Shown: positions 13,161 through 23,571, counted from the first letter of the whole stretch. The stretch is DNA of 47,546 nt, filler included, from Catajapyx aquilonaris (GCA_000934665.2; 2 parts of 2 records of this genome joined end to end with filler, not necessarily neighbours in it); one strand, 5' to 3'. Notes: generated from the letters alone by a model not told the origin. Program-made: numbers and translations.

Positions 13161-14834
13161 CAAGCAAAGTAACTTTTCTTACCCTCGTGGATTTTGATAA
13201 TTTTTATAAATTAAATTCTGCTTGGCCTGTAGTGTTGGGAAAACATCACCTCAGCTGCTAAATTCCACGTTAGCAGGGTGAAAATCCAGCCTAAAGGCGA
13301 TGTTCCGTAAGCCACAACACCAGCGTTCGGTCGCGAGGCGCTTTCCAGGCTGCCCGGTCGCGGTCGGCTTTCACCGCGTCTGCAGCTCAGTCTCTCCGGT
13401 GCCACTAAGGAGAAGGGTCATCTCGCACGCTTTGCAGTCGAAGGCGATTATAATAATGGAGAGCCAGGACAGGGGGCACAATACTACATAAGAGGCGCAA
13501 ACATTCGATTCGCCTGTCTCTGTTTGATGGGGCCAACGGTGGCGGCCATTTTGAAGAGAGGCCAACGAGGTGTAAATATAGGGTACAGGCAGGCCAAAGG
13601 TCTGCCATCTTTGATGGTTTTGGCGGCTGAATTCGAATCTTTTTGCCGTATGAGCTCCTTTAATGCACTTTTCTACGTATTAATTCCGTAAGTACGGCAA
13701 AAATATTCAAATTCGCCCGTGTTCTTGCCGTGAAGTGCCATGGCCGCCGCCAAAACAATCAAAGATGGCGAAGCTTTGGCCTGCCTGTACCCTATTTACA
13801 CCTCGTTGGCATCTCTTCAAAATGGCCATCACCGTTGGCCCAATGTTGACTCCATGGTTGGCCCCATCCAGCTCCCTGACACAGCCCACCTACATGTATG
13901 ATGACGGTAGGTTAATAACTGTGTCCTGGCCAGGCGGCGCTGATGGCGGAAAATGGCGGATGTCCCTCCAGTGTCTGCCGCCATCTTGAAGGCCCATTCC
14001 GGTTGGCTGGCAAGTCAATCTGCCTGCGGGTGGGTGCCAAAAAAAAAACAAAACATGCCGAAAAATAAGTACGGTACTGCTCGGTACTGCTAGCTATCTT
14101 TAGTGATGTCTAAATGAAATAAATAGTGCACTTACAATGCTCTTTTACAATCACCTCCTGCTCGCTTGACATTTTTGGTGTGTCCAGGAATGCCTTCTGC
14201 ACATTTACCGAGCATTGTAAGTGTACTATTTATTTTATTTAGACATGACTAAAGATAGCTAGCAGTACCGAGCATTACCGTACTTATTTTTCGGCATGTT
14301 TTTTTTTGGCACCCACCCGCAGGCAGATTGACTTGCCAGCCAACCGGAATGGGCCTTCAAGATGGCGGCAGACACTGGAGGGACATCCGCCATGTTCCGC
14401 CATCAGCGCCGTCTGGCCAGGACACAGGTGTTAACCTACCGTATTCGAGGAGTGTCATAGGCCTGGCCCCATCAAACAGAGACAGGTGAATCGAATGTTT
14501 GCGCCTCTTATGTAGTATTATGCCCCCTGTCCTGGCTCTCCATTATTATAATCGCCTTCGACTGCAAAGCGTGCGAGATGACCCTTCTTTTTAGTGGCAC
14601 CGGAGAGAGCTGCAGACGCGGTGAAAGGCGACCGCGACCGGGCAGCCTGGAAAGCGCCTCGCGACCGAACGCTGGTGTTGTGGCTTACGGAACATCGCCT
14701 TTAGGCTGGATTTTCACCCTGCTAACGTGGAATTTAGCAGCTGAGGTGATGTTTTCCCAACACTACAGGCCAAGCAGAATTTAATTTATAAAAATTATTA
14801 AAATCCACGAGGGTAAGCAAAGTTACTTTGCTTG
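13161..14834. mobile_element. Non-autonomous foldback DNA transposon with CAAG...CTTG termini, 3-bp TSD and two internal hairpins
   Basis: Outer inverted arms 13161-13535 / 14464-14834; TSD TCA at 13158-13160 and 14835-14837. Inner inverted repeats ~13530-13627 / 13746-13841 and 13904-14142 / 14210-14442. Confidence 0.92.
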
Positions 14835-15840
14835 TCAGGTGGATATAAATAGAATACAGATGTGTATTATGTGTAGAAACTTCCCACTGCTCTGTAGCCA
14901 ATCAGGGTTCGATAGGGCTAGAAGTAGGATCGCACAAGTTTTATTTGCACTTTTATTTACCAGTCTTGTAAATTTTTTAAAAAAGGGCAAGTCACGTGTA
15001 TTGGGGACCCCTTTTTCTGGGTCCGTGATTGGCGTCCCACTTTCATCCCCCACTGTTTGCATGTGGGGGGCAAGCAACCTTTGGGAATTTTACACTTATT
15101 TTCAAAGGAGATGGGCATAATTATGTCCTGAAACCTCAAGGATTAAATTAATTTGTTAACACTATAACGCTCAGTTGGTAACCCGCCAGCATGGGGGAAC
15201 AAAATATTCTAATTTCCATACAAGAGGCGCCCGGTGCCAATTCACTTTTATCCCTTATTTCAGATCAATGGCATCTGGATCCGTTATTATCACCCCGGAA
15301 AGGTCCCTTGTGAGGACTTAGGTTTATGCACAAATCCTCTAGTTCCTTATAGGTACACGTGAATGTCTCCTCTTTGCATTGTGTATACCAATTCAAGCTC
15401 GAGTTGTCCGGGTTTGCCAAATTGATGAATATCATTTTCTCTTCTTTTTAGTCGCAGTCCATATTTCAGGGAGTGCGTCGAGGATAACCCTATTCTATAT
15501 GCGCACTGTTTCTCATATTTACTTGCTGTTCCTGTGCGTTTGGATTGCCTGTATAGAGCTACTTGTTATTGTGCGTCTTGCGTGTGTACGTACTTTCGTC
15601 TCTTGTCGTCAGAATTGCAATATTCGGTGATGAAAATGCGAGTTTTTCAGCGAGTTTTTGACCACAATGTAATCCTTTCAATGTCTCCCCCACCAGGTAA
15701 TCCTTGTACAAATATTCAGCTTTATTCCTTAACAATATTGTGGAATTAGGCAAATTGTTGCCACTAAATCAAGAGATGTAGTTTCCAAAAGGACCTTTTG
15801 TTACGACTTTTATGTCGAGTTCTAAATTGCATTATTGGCC

Positions 15841-15981
15841 TTAAAGAGTCTTGGTGAACAGGCGCCGGCTGGCATGAGTTAACTCTTTAATCCCAGTGGC
15901 GTTGGCTGCGCTGCTTGCACGAAGTTCCGCTCCCTTAAACTGTGCCAACACTATGATGTAGGTTGTGATTGCTCCTGTAAT
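15841..15981 (-). CDS. Gustatory receptor (7tm_7), exon 4 (terminal)
   Basis: ttgtccag| acceptor. Translation ITGAITTYIIVLAQFKGAELRASSAANATGIKELTHASRRLFTKTL* contains the Gr signature TYhhhhhQF. Confidence 0.93.
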   Translation of the reverse strand: MTGAITTYIIVLAQFKGAELRASSAANATGIKELTHASRRLFTKTL

Positions 15982-16039
15982 CTGGACAACGAGGTCAGGT
16001 AACGAGATGACACTATAACTTCTAAGTATGGAAACTCAC

Positions 16040-16129
16040 CGAGGTCAGAAGACGGCGGCTTATGGCGAAGAAGTTGGCAGCTGTGATCTGGACAGGTGGG
16101 CCACTCATCGCATGAACCAGGGATAGAAC
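16040..16129 (-). CDS. Gustatory receptor, exon 3
   Basis: 90-nt phase-0 exon, gacag|...|gtgagt. Translation VLSLVHAMSGPPVQITAANFFAISRRLLTS has the Gr ITAxxFFxI motif. Confidence 0.93.
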
Positions 16130-16330
16130 CTGTCATGTGTTGCGATAGAATAATTGCATTTCCTCAGTACTTCTACTGCGACACTGTTGATCAAACGATC
16201 AGGAACAATGAGTAGGCTATTTATTTAGCCACTTACTTATTAGTATTACAAGACAGTGATAGACAATTCCAGACAATTCGTTCCTGTTTGCTTGCATCCA
16301 TTGTCATTATTATGTGCTTTATGATCTGAC

Positions 16331-16399
16331 CTGTTTTTTGCAGGTTGGATTCCTTACAAAAGGTATAACCCATATCAGATCCTTCAGAGATGCCGATGC
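16331..16399 (-). CDS. Gustatory receptor, exon 2
   Basis: 69-nt phase-0 exon, tttacag|...|gtcaga. Translation ASASLKDLIWVIPFVRNPTCKKQ. Confidence 0.85.
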
Positions 16400-16543
16400 C
16401 TGTAAAGAACACATAACACCAAAAATATTAATACACATAATAACGTAGGCTTATAATACAGTAATGTAGTATCTCTATTCATAAGAATGGGTCAAATTAC
16501 GTATTTTTTATAGGGAACTCTAGTAACACATTGGCGCACTTAC

Positions 16544-17509
16544 CTCATCGGTAACTTCACTTAGAGCAATGGTAAAGGCGGAGATTGTCGTGGCCTTACT
16601 GATTGCAAGACTTATTAACAGTCCATAATCCAGAGCATTTCCCTCCGTGTAATCCATCAAAATGGCAAGGAAGATGTTGCTAGTGATGGACACCAACGAA
16701 ATGAAGTACAGCACAAGGATGGGGACTCCGTACACTCTATTTACCTTCCCCACCATGTCAAACACGAAGCGAACCTCATTGGACATTCTTTTTATCCTGT
16801 ACTCGAACCCTGACTCGCTCCCCTGGGTCTGAATCTCCTGGCATGCTTTACCTAAATCGCGATTGATGGCCTTCATCATCTGGCATATGAAGTTGGCCAG
16901 GGTGGCAATCTGAGCCAGGACCGTGTTGTAGATGAACTCGACGTGCCATGTGAACAGTATGAACACAATGGCGGATGGTCGGGTGAGTTGGTTTGTCAAG
17001 AGGGCATCGACAGTCGTGGATGAAGAGAGGATGCACGGCATGATGAGACACACCACGGCCACTGTCATGGAGCGTCTCCTCATTCTGCGCCAATCCAAAT
17101 GGACCGGGAAGGCAGCCATATCCCTCATGACTTCTTCAGTCCCTCCCAACTTGACCTGCATTATGGCAAGCACCAGCCAAGGCCCGCATCGAGTCATCAC
17201 GTAGTAGATTTTGAGTGTCCCTTCCTCGGTCGACCCCATGTCCGCCAGCCTTTCCAGCTGAGGTGGCAGGTAACATGTTACCACCCCGATGTGTACCACC
17301 ACCAGCAGCAGGAGGTGGAAGGAGCCTATCAGAAGTGTCCACCACGTTCTGTTGTTGTCCGGAGGACTCAACACTCCGGCTGCCACGCACAGAAAGGACA
17401 CTGGTCCAAAAGCAGTGTGGAAGTCGGCGGGCTTCTTGTCTACCCAGCCTACCTTGCCCGTTGATATGACTTGACTAACTTTGGGCATGTTGCGGCAAAT
17501 ACTGCTCAT
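16544..17509 (-). CDS. Gustatory receptor, exon 1 (322 codons; full protein about 421 aa)
   Basis: Long ORF with several hydrophobic segments and a VNRVYGVPIL motif, ending GAG|gtaagt. A long first exon followed by three C-terminal phase-0 introns is the usual Gr architecture. The first in-frame ATG is at 17509, with an in-frame TGA just upstream. Confidence 0.92.
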
Positions 17510-17630
17510 CTTGTGTACGCCCACTCACCTGGACGATGCGTCTTTGATGCCTGTGGTGCAAGTGATATAGCCGTACGGTTGTAGTCATTCATTATTTACT
17601 GTGACAGTTGCTTTGTACCGGAGCCCATAC

Positions 17631-17637
17631 TTTTATA
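17631..17637 (-). promoter_or_regulatory. Putative TATA box of the Gr gene
   Basis: TATAAAA on the minus strand about 120 nt upstream of the ATG, with an Inr-like TCACAGT about 30 nt downstream. Confidence 0.5.
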
Positions 17638-18019
17638 ATAGAGTAATGTATCTCAGAACGTGGCACAATACTCCAAGTTTTTTTTTTTTGCAAAGTCATG
17701 GACATATTGTAAATGCAAAATAATAACTAAAAGCTCACCGAGCCCACTCAACTTTTCCTTTGTCATCATCGATTTGCGTGCTAGATGTCATTTCTCATAT
17801 TCTCCGCCGTAAGAAGACGCTATGAATCGCTTGTCAGCGAATTCAACATACGCAGATTGAAAAATGTGACAGCATTTGCTTTCACTTGCACACCAGGCCT
17901 TATAACCTATCGCAGGGTTCCTTACTTATCAAGCAAAGACACACAAAGCCTTGTTGACTACTTACGTTTTATTCAGTCTTTTCCCAGGGAATACACACAC
18001 GTCTTACTCAATGGCAGGC

Positions 18020-18650
18020 TTCCCTCTCTCCCCCCGGCCCGTGGGACCAACCGCCCACCCCCGGCCCGTTAAACCATGGTCGACTCCGACACCTCCTGAC
18101 CAGGCACGGAGCGCTCGGAACGCCCGCCTCTCCTCAGGACGAACCTCTTCAGGTCCTCCACATGCGTCAGGACCTTCTCGACTTTCCCCTCCAAACAGGC
18201 CAGCCGATAGGTCACTGCTGACACCTGCTCCGCAACCTTATAAGGTCCGGTGTACTTTCCTAGCAAGGAATGTACGACCCCTTTCACCGCGTCAGACAAG
18301 CGACGTTCTTTACGAAGAACTAGCATGCCTACGGCGAATTGCACATCTCTACGGCCTTTATTAAAACTCCGCATGTGCCTGTCGCGTGCCCGCTTCAAGT
18401 TTTGCGTGACTAACTGAAGCACAGCATCCCGCCGGTCCCGCATCTTCCCCAGATACGCAGACTGCGTGGTTGGGAGCTCATTCTCCGGGAAATAATTCCA
18501 CTCCCCAGGAGCTGCGACATGTCTCCCATAGTGAAGGAAGCTTGGGCTCACTTTTGATGTCTCCAGTTCTGAATTGTTGAGAGCATGGAGCATCTGAGGC
18601 AACAATGAGTCCCAATCTTTGTGAGCCTTAACCCAGATATGCCGAGTGTA
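18020..18650 (-). mobile_element. Gypsy integrase C-terminal fragment (GPY/F region) plus polypurine tract
   Basis: Translation HKDWDSLLPQMLHALNNS..SPSFLHYGR...FNKGRRDVQFAVGMLVL...KYTGPYKV...TYRL...HVEDLKRF, followed by the purine tract GGGGGGAGAGAGGGAAG at ~18020-18035. Confidence 0.88.
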
Positions 18651-18731
18651 CCCTATAGGGGACACCTGCACAGTTGTCGGTTTTAAATGTATTGTGTAGG
18701 CTCTACTGCTGCTCTTGAGTTGGCAACAGTC

Positions 18732-19213
18732 TGTGACAGGATGGACACATAGACACACGTCTATGTCAGGAGCGAGGGGATGCTAAAGCAAACAGAGGCT
18801 TACGTATGATCTGGGTATTTATTCACTGCGAGGAAGGAGAGAGGGATAAACTTAGGAGAGGGAGAAGTTGTGACCAGAGGCATGCCGACAGTTCATGGCA
18901 GCCCTAGGTCTGGCCAGTGGTTTCCCCGGCAGGGGAAAAACCCAAGGCCCCGACCTCCCGGCCTGGATATTCTCCAAGACCAGAAGAGGTCCTCGACCAC
19001 CCCAGCCAGGATATTCTCCTGGACCGGGAGAGGCCTCGAATGACAGGCTCCCGAGGTTTATATAGTCCCCAGACAACCCCACAGCATGATGGGACTGTCG
19101 ACAGTAACCAATCAGAGATGGGCACATTCAAAGTGTCGTAAGATGAGGGGAGGAGCTTACAGTAATATCATTCAAGGCGGGAAACACAATATGGTTTAGC
19201 TGGTACTGTCACA
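18732..19213 (-). repeat. 3' LTR (482 bp)
   Basis: TG...CA ends with 8-bp inverted termini; nearly identical to the right LTR once that LTR's two insertions are removed. Confidence 0.9.
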
Positions 19214-19742
19214 CACCTCACCAGGGAGATTCCGCCAAGGATTTGTACAATACGAAGGCGGGAGGAGAAGAAAATGGTGAACAAAACGTGGAAATGCATA
19301 GTTGGTTCACCCAACACAAAAGCAATGAATACGCAATGAATAGAATCATACACAGACATACAGTATGACACATGGTACAAACAAAACAAAAATTAGGGTA
19401 TGAAAGTCTTTCAGTTCACTCAAAACAAAATTAAATCCATGTGTCAAAAGAAAAGCAAGAGGTACCAACATAAGTAAGTGGGGAGTTGTGGATGGTACCG
19501 AATATACAGAGTGCACAAGTGATGCTAGAAAAATGCATCCAAACATATGAACCAGGCAATGGAAATAATCAAACCGGGCTTCACACATAGTCCAATACGG
19601 CCCGAAACACTCAAAACAAAAATAACTTTTTCTTCCACTGTTTTCGCACTGTCTGGACACAGAGAGGAAGTGTCACTTGTGTGGGAATAAAGAAAAGAAC
19701 AAAACAAGGGAGAGGGACACTGAGGCAAAACTCGTGACATAG

Positions 19743-20333
19743 TTACATGAGGTAGTCGGGTGTCTCTTCTTCTGACGAGCTAACAATCACGACATCATCT
19801 GTCCTCTGTGGTGGTGCTGACTGGGCTAGGCGTTCCTGGGGGTTGGCTGCCTCCGGTGTTGATTGCTCCAGGACCCGTAGGGGCGTTTCGAAGTAGTCCC
19901 GAGGAGCTGGATCAGAAGCTGGAGCGCAGCCTATCAGACATCCGCGATGAAAATCCAACATGCAGTGGTGGGACGCAAGGAAGTCGGCACCCAACACTAC
20001 GGAGGTCACGGAGTAAGGGATGACCCAAAACGGATGTGGGAGTAAGGCTCCTCCGATCATCACTTCTGCTTCGCACCGGCCCACCGGACGAACCAGTTGA
20101 CCATCACACAAGACCAACCTGGGTAGGGGCTGGTTGGGCAGGAGTGCAGGGCGATGTACTTCGGGCATAGCGGCCAAACAAGAGGCGGCAATGGAAGAAA
20201 CGGCGGCTCCGCTGCTTACTAGGGCTGTCAACTGTAGTCCTCCAATGGTGACTGGCGTGGTTACCGCAATAACCAGGTCTGCGGTTGGGTTGTAACAGGC
20301 CATCGGGGCTGGTGCTCGGGTTGCGCTTCTCAA
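19743..20333 (-). CDS. Retropepsin-like aspartic protease ORF with the catalytic Asp replaced by Ser
   Basis: Translation VTIGGLQLTALVSSGAAVSSI...LVLCDGQLVRPVG...FWVIP...VVLGADFL...LDF follows the Gypsy protease pattern, but with LVSSGA instead of LVD(S/T)GA. The start is uncertain (TTG at 20333 or ATG at ~20303). Confidence 0.75.
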   Translation of the reverse strand: MRSATRAPAPMACYNPTADLVIAVTTPVTIGGLQLTALVSSGAAVSSIAASCLAAMPEVHRPALLPNQPLPRLVLCDGQLVRPVGRCEAEVMIGGALLPHPFWVIPYSVTSVVLGADFLASHHCMLDFHRGCLIGCAPASDPAPRDYFETPLRVLEQSTPEAANPQERLAQSAPPQRTDDVVIVSSSEEETPDYLM

Positions 20334-20583
20334 GGGTGACGGCAGGACTGCTTTCTGGTTGTGAGAACCTCACGACCCAATCCGGGAATTTATACCCGTG
20401 GAAAATATCCATCATGCACTTGGATTTGGATTCGAGGTCAGACGAGACTGGGTCTGATACAGTCCGATCCAAATCAGGTGTATGGGGGCATTTGACCGTA
20501 AGAGTCAACACTGAGTTTTTCAAGAGGGACTGTACGCACAGCACGTTATCAGTATCAAGTTTTTTCCAGATACGACACCACAT
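20104..20583 (-). CDS. Unknown 159-aa ORF in the gag position of the LTR element
   Basis: ATG-initiated ORF upstream of, and overlapping, the protease ORF in another frame. No recognisable gag motif. Confidence 0.3.
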   Translation of the reverse strand: MWCRIWKKLDTDNVLCVQSLLKNSVLTLTVKCPHTPDLDRTVSDPVSSDLESKSKCMMDIFHGYKFPDWVVRFSQPESSPAVTLEKRNPSTSPDGLLQPNRRPGYCGNHASHHWRTTVDSPSKQRSRRFFHCRLLFGRYARSTSPCTPAQPAPTQVGLV

Positions 20584-20663
20584 ATAATGTCAGATGACGA
20601 CGGGATTATCTATGCACGGAAATCAAACGTACACTCCGAATTGCTGCAAGTAGACTTACTACA

Positions 20664-20888
20664 ACGGGGTCGGCTCTCCTGGGTACGACTAGGAGTCTTC
20701 TGCTCTTCTGACTGCTCGTAGTCTTACGTAGACAGGGCGGATACTTCCGGTTGCGGCTCGGCGGCATCATCGCGACGGACTGCTCGTAGTCTTACTATTG
20801 ACGGGGTCGGCTCTCCTGGGTACGGCTAGGAGTCTTCTGCTCTTCTGGCCTCTCGTAGTCTTACGTAGACAGGGCGGATACTTCCGGT
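20664..20888. repeat. Tandem duplication (~137-bp period) in the LTR-element leader
   Basis: ACGGGGTCGGCTCTCCTGGGTACG...GGATACTTCCGGT starts at both 20664 and 20801. Confidence 0.88.
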
Positions 20889-21554
20889 CACTGCTAGGCG
20901 TCTTTGCGAACATCCCCGCATTTAAGGGGTGTGGAGTGGTCGATGTAGCGGTGTGTCCAACAATTCTCTCGTAATGATTTCTTCTCCATCCATGAGGGTC
21001 TTACATGGAGGGAAGGATTGAAATGGAATGGACAACGAACAGGATTGTGCTCGTTGGGGAAAAAAGAGGTAGGGAAGAGCATTTGACGCTCAAAAGGAAG
21101 GACGAACGTGGTGGGGTAACGTCCTCCAAACGACTAAAACGTGTTGGGATGTCACGTAGTCGGATACTTAAAGGGTTCCGTATACGGAACGCATGACGAC
21201 CATAGACTGCTCATACTCACGGTATGGTGTCGTCAAAAGGGGCCAACGACGCAGGGTAAGGCGTCTGACCACCAACATCTGTTCCTCTGTCCATGTGGAA
21301 GGCATAGACAGAACGGAAGGAAACAGGTTTGCGAGCTATGCGGCTCAAAGGAAGGGATTAGGGTAAAAGGGTAGAGGGGTAAAGGTATGGTTAAGAATGG
21401 CTCACCAACGATGCACGTAGGCCCACCAAGGCACCTGAACGGAACATGTTCAGTGCTCGTGTGGCTGCTCATAGAGCTGCACGTAGGGCACTGAACGCCT
21501 CTTAGGTTCCGTGTTCAATACAGCACTACGTACTGTAAGAGCACATACTTTAGC

Positions 21555-21572
21555 ATCCCACTTCTGACACCA
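21555..21572 (-). promoter_or_regulatory. Primer binding site complementary to the tRNA-Leu 3' end
   Basis: The minus strand reads TGGTGTCAGAAGTGGGAT 4 nt inside the 5' LTR, complementary to ...ATCCCACTTCTGACACCA of eukaryotic tRNA-Leu. Confidence 0.85.
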
Positions 21573-21889
21573 CTTTTGTGACAGGATGGACACATAGACA
21601 CACGTCTATGTCAGGATCGAGGGGATGCTAAAGCAAACAGAGGCTTACGTATGATCTGGGTATTTATTCACTGCGAGGAAGGAGAGAGGGATAAACTTAG
21701 GAGAGGGAGAAGTTGTGACCAGAGGCATGCCGACAGTTCATGGCAGCCCTAGGTCTGGCCAGTGGTTTCCCCGGCAGGGGAAAAACCCAAGGCCCCGACC
21801 TCCCGGCCTGGATATCCTCCAAGACCGGAAGAGGTCCTCGACCACCCCAGCCAGGATATTCTCCTGGACCGGGAGAGGCCTTCGAATGA

Positions 21890-22209
21890 TTGGTTTGGTT
21901 GGTTGGTTGGTAGGAAGGGTTACCCAGCTTGTATGGCTCTGTCTGAGTCGAGCCTTGGCAGCCGGGGGTAGGAGAGGAAGGTGTGGGATTGCAAGGTAGG
22001 GGTGGGTGAGAAGGGCGGGGGAGAGGAGGGCTGGCCCCAGCTGTACTGCAATGCCGGGTCCAACCCAGGGACGGGGGTGGGATATTCTCCCAAGCACCCC
22101 GTCCAACCAAGAAATGCGAGTCAGGTCCGAGGACCGCTCGAGGAAGAGAGTACCGTCGCTGGCGAACCAGCCGCGCCTCATACAACCATTGGTTATTATA
22201 TTCATTTTA
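21890..22209 (-). mobile_element. 5'-truncated retroposon with (CCAA)n tail inside the LTR
   Basis: Flanked by the direct repeat CCTTCGAATGA (21879-21889 and 22210-22220), with a (TTGG)n microsatellite at the left end. Confidence 0.7.
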
Positions 22210-22275
22210 CCTTCGAATGACAGGCTCCTGTGGTTTATATAGTCCCCAGACAACCCCGCAGCATGATGGGACTGT

Positions 22276-22594
22276 GTCAGAGTTACGGCGACCCGACCAT
22301 AAAGGCCCCGCGCCAATGTATCTCATCATCCACAATTATTCAAAGGCTAATCAAGAACAAGAATTTACATTTACTGTCCTCACAAAAGGAACTCCAATCA
22401 AACGATTAATAGAATTTACGTCAGAGAAATTACATTTGTATTTTAAAATGAAGCTGAGCCAAATAAGATCTGAAAAGGTGATAGTTCACAACAGTTTAAT
22501 TTTAATGTACATTTAATGCAAGTTTTCGGTAAATTTATGCAAATTTAAGATTTCTAAAAGCAAAAACAAGTATGGAAGGGAAAAAAGGGAAAAA
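22276..22594 (+). mobile_element. 5'-truncated retroposon with A-rich tail inside the LTR
   Basis: Flanked by the direct repeat AGCATGATGGGACTGT (22260-22275 and 22595-22610); the 3' end is A-rich. Confidence 0.7.
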
Positions 22595-22809
22595 AGCATG
22601 ATGGGACTGTCGACAGTAACCAATCAGAGATGGGCACATTCAAAGTGTCGTAAGATGAGGGGAGGAGCTTACAGTAATATCATTCAAGGCGGGAAACACA
22701 ATATGGTTTAGCTGGTACTGTCACACTAGCAAAGCAAAGTCAGGAGTCCCTGGACAGAATTCGTCAGGCAGACGCTGCAGCTCATCGCTTAGCACTCCAT
22801 CCTCTAACC

Positions 22810-23461
22810 CAGCGGTTCCCAACCTTTTTTCACTTACGTATACCCTCTGGCGGCCCATTCCCATAAATTGTACTGTACCCCTTATCCCTAATGGAGAATG
22901 TTTGTAATAAATACCTGCTGTTATTTAAAATATAGGCTGTAACTGGAAATAAATTAATCAGTAATGGGATAATAATGCAAAGCAACAATAAGATATACAA
23001 AGCATATATTTTTACATTCAAATTCAAATGATACTTAAAGATTAACATGTAATTATTATTAATGGTTAATATGCGCACACACTTCCATATATTTGGAATC
23101 TTGTTTCATGAATAACATAACACACAGGAAATGTTCAGTGAGATCCTTGACCTTGTTTTGAAGCACATAATTTCTGGAAATCTGGTTCAATTGATGTCAG
23201 ATACAGTCTCAAATCTGGACTTGCACTGAGCTTATTGCGGTATTTATTTTTTATAAATGTATAAGACGAGAAAGCCCTCTCCACCAGCTCCGTACTGGTA
23301 AATGGCATAAGAAACTAAAGCGCCTTGTCGCTCAGCTGTTCATATTCTCTGCTGATGTCTGCCCAAAAGCTAATTAAGGATTTCCCTTTGTAGTCAACTC
23401 TTAAAGTAGTATCAGTCGAAAGTTCGATCAACATCTCTTTTTCTATGATTGATAATCTGGC
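22810..23461 (-). mobile_element. hAT (Buster/Charlie-type) transposon 3' remnant
   Basis: TIR CAGCGGTTCCCAACC at 22810. The minus strand 23461-23135 translates LIELSTDTTL...SFWADISREYEQLSDKAL*FLMPFTSTELVERAFSS...KNKYRNKL...DLRLYLTSIEPDF...KQGQGSH*, the hAT dimerisation domain with one internal stop. Confidence 0.9.
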
Positions 23462-23571
23462 TGTGTGACGCCAAGTTTAGAAGTAGTTATAGGTAAAGTT
23501 AAAGGTGACCAAAGAGTGTGGTGTTGTTGGTGCACCTGCCCCGATTCGGGCTTCCGCTAACCTTGGGCTGG

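Larger units (their letters stand above)
18732..22725 (-). mobile_element. Non-autonomous LTR retroelement (Gypsy-related)
   Basis: Two LTRs (18732-19213 and 21577-22725), each bounded by TGTGACAG...CTGTCACA. The PBS abuts the right LTR. The LTR TATA box and AATAAA are in minus orientation. No RT, RNase H or integrase lies between the LTRs, and no matching TSD is visible. Confidence 0.9.
21577..22725 (-). repeat. 5' LTR (1149 bp including two insertions)
   Basis: Colinear with 18732-19213 except for inserts at 21890-22209 and 22276-22594. Confidence 0.9.

Noticed and set aside
13211..14784. Twin 64-68-aa ORFs on opposite strands (13211-13405 and 14578-14784)
   Set aside because: They are by-products of the inverted arms of the foldback element and show no coding features.
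16848..17474. Several overlapping ORFs in other frames or on the opposite strand within Gr exon 1
   Set aside because: Shadow ORFs of a GC-rich coding exon.
20664..20888. Repeat-spacer-like pattern suggesting a CRISPR array
   Set aside because: Only two long tandem units inside a eukaryotic LTR element; no unique spacers and no cas genes.
17781..22729. CTAG at 17781 and at 22726 as the TSD of one large LTR element including the integrase
   Set aside because: The sequence after 17785 is not homologous to the LTR and the integrase lies outside the 3' LTR, so the match is likely chance.
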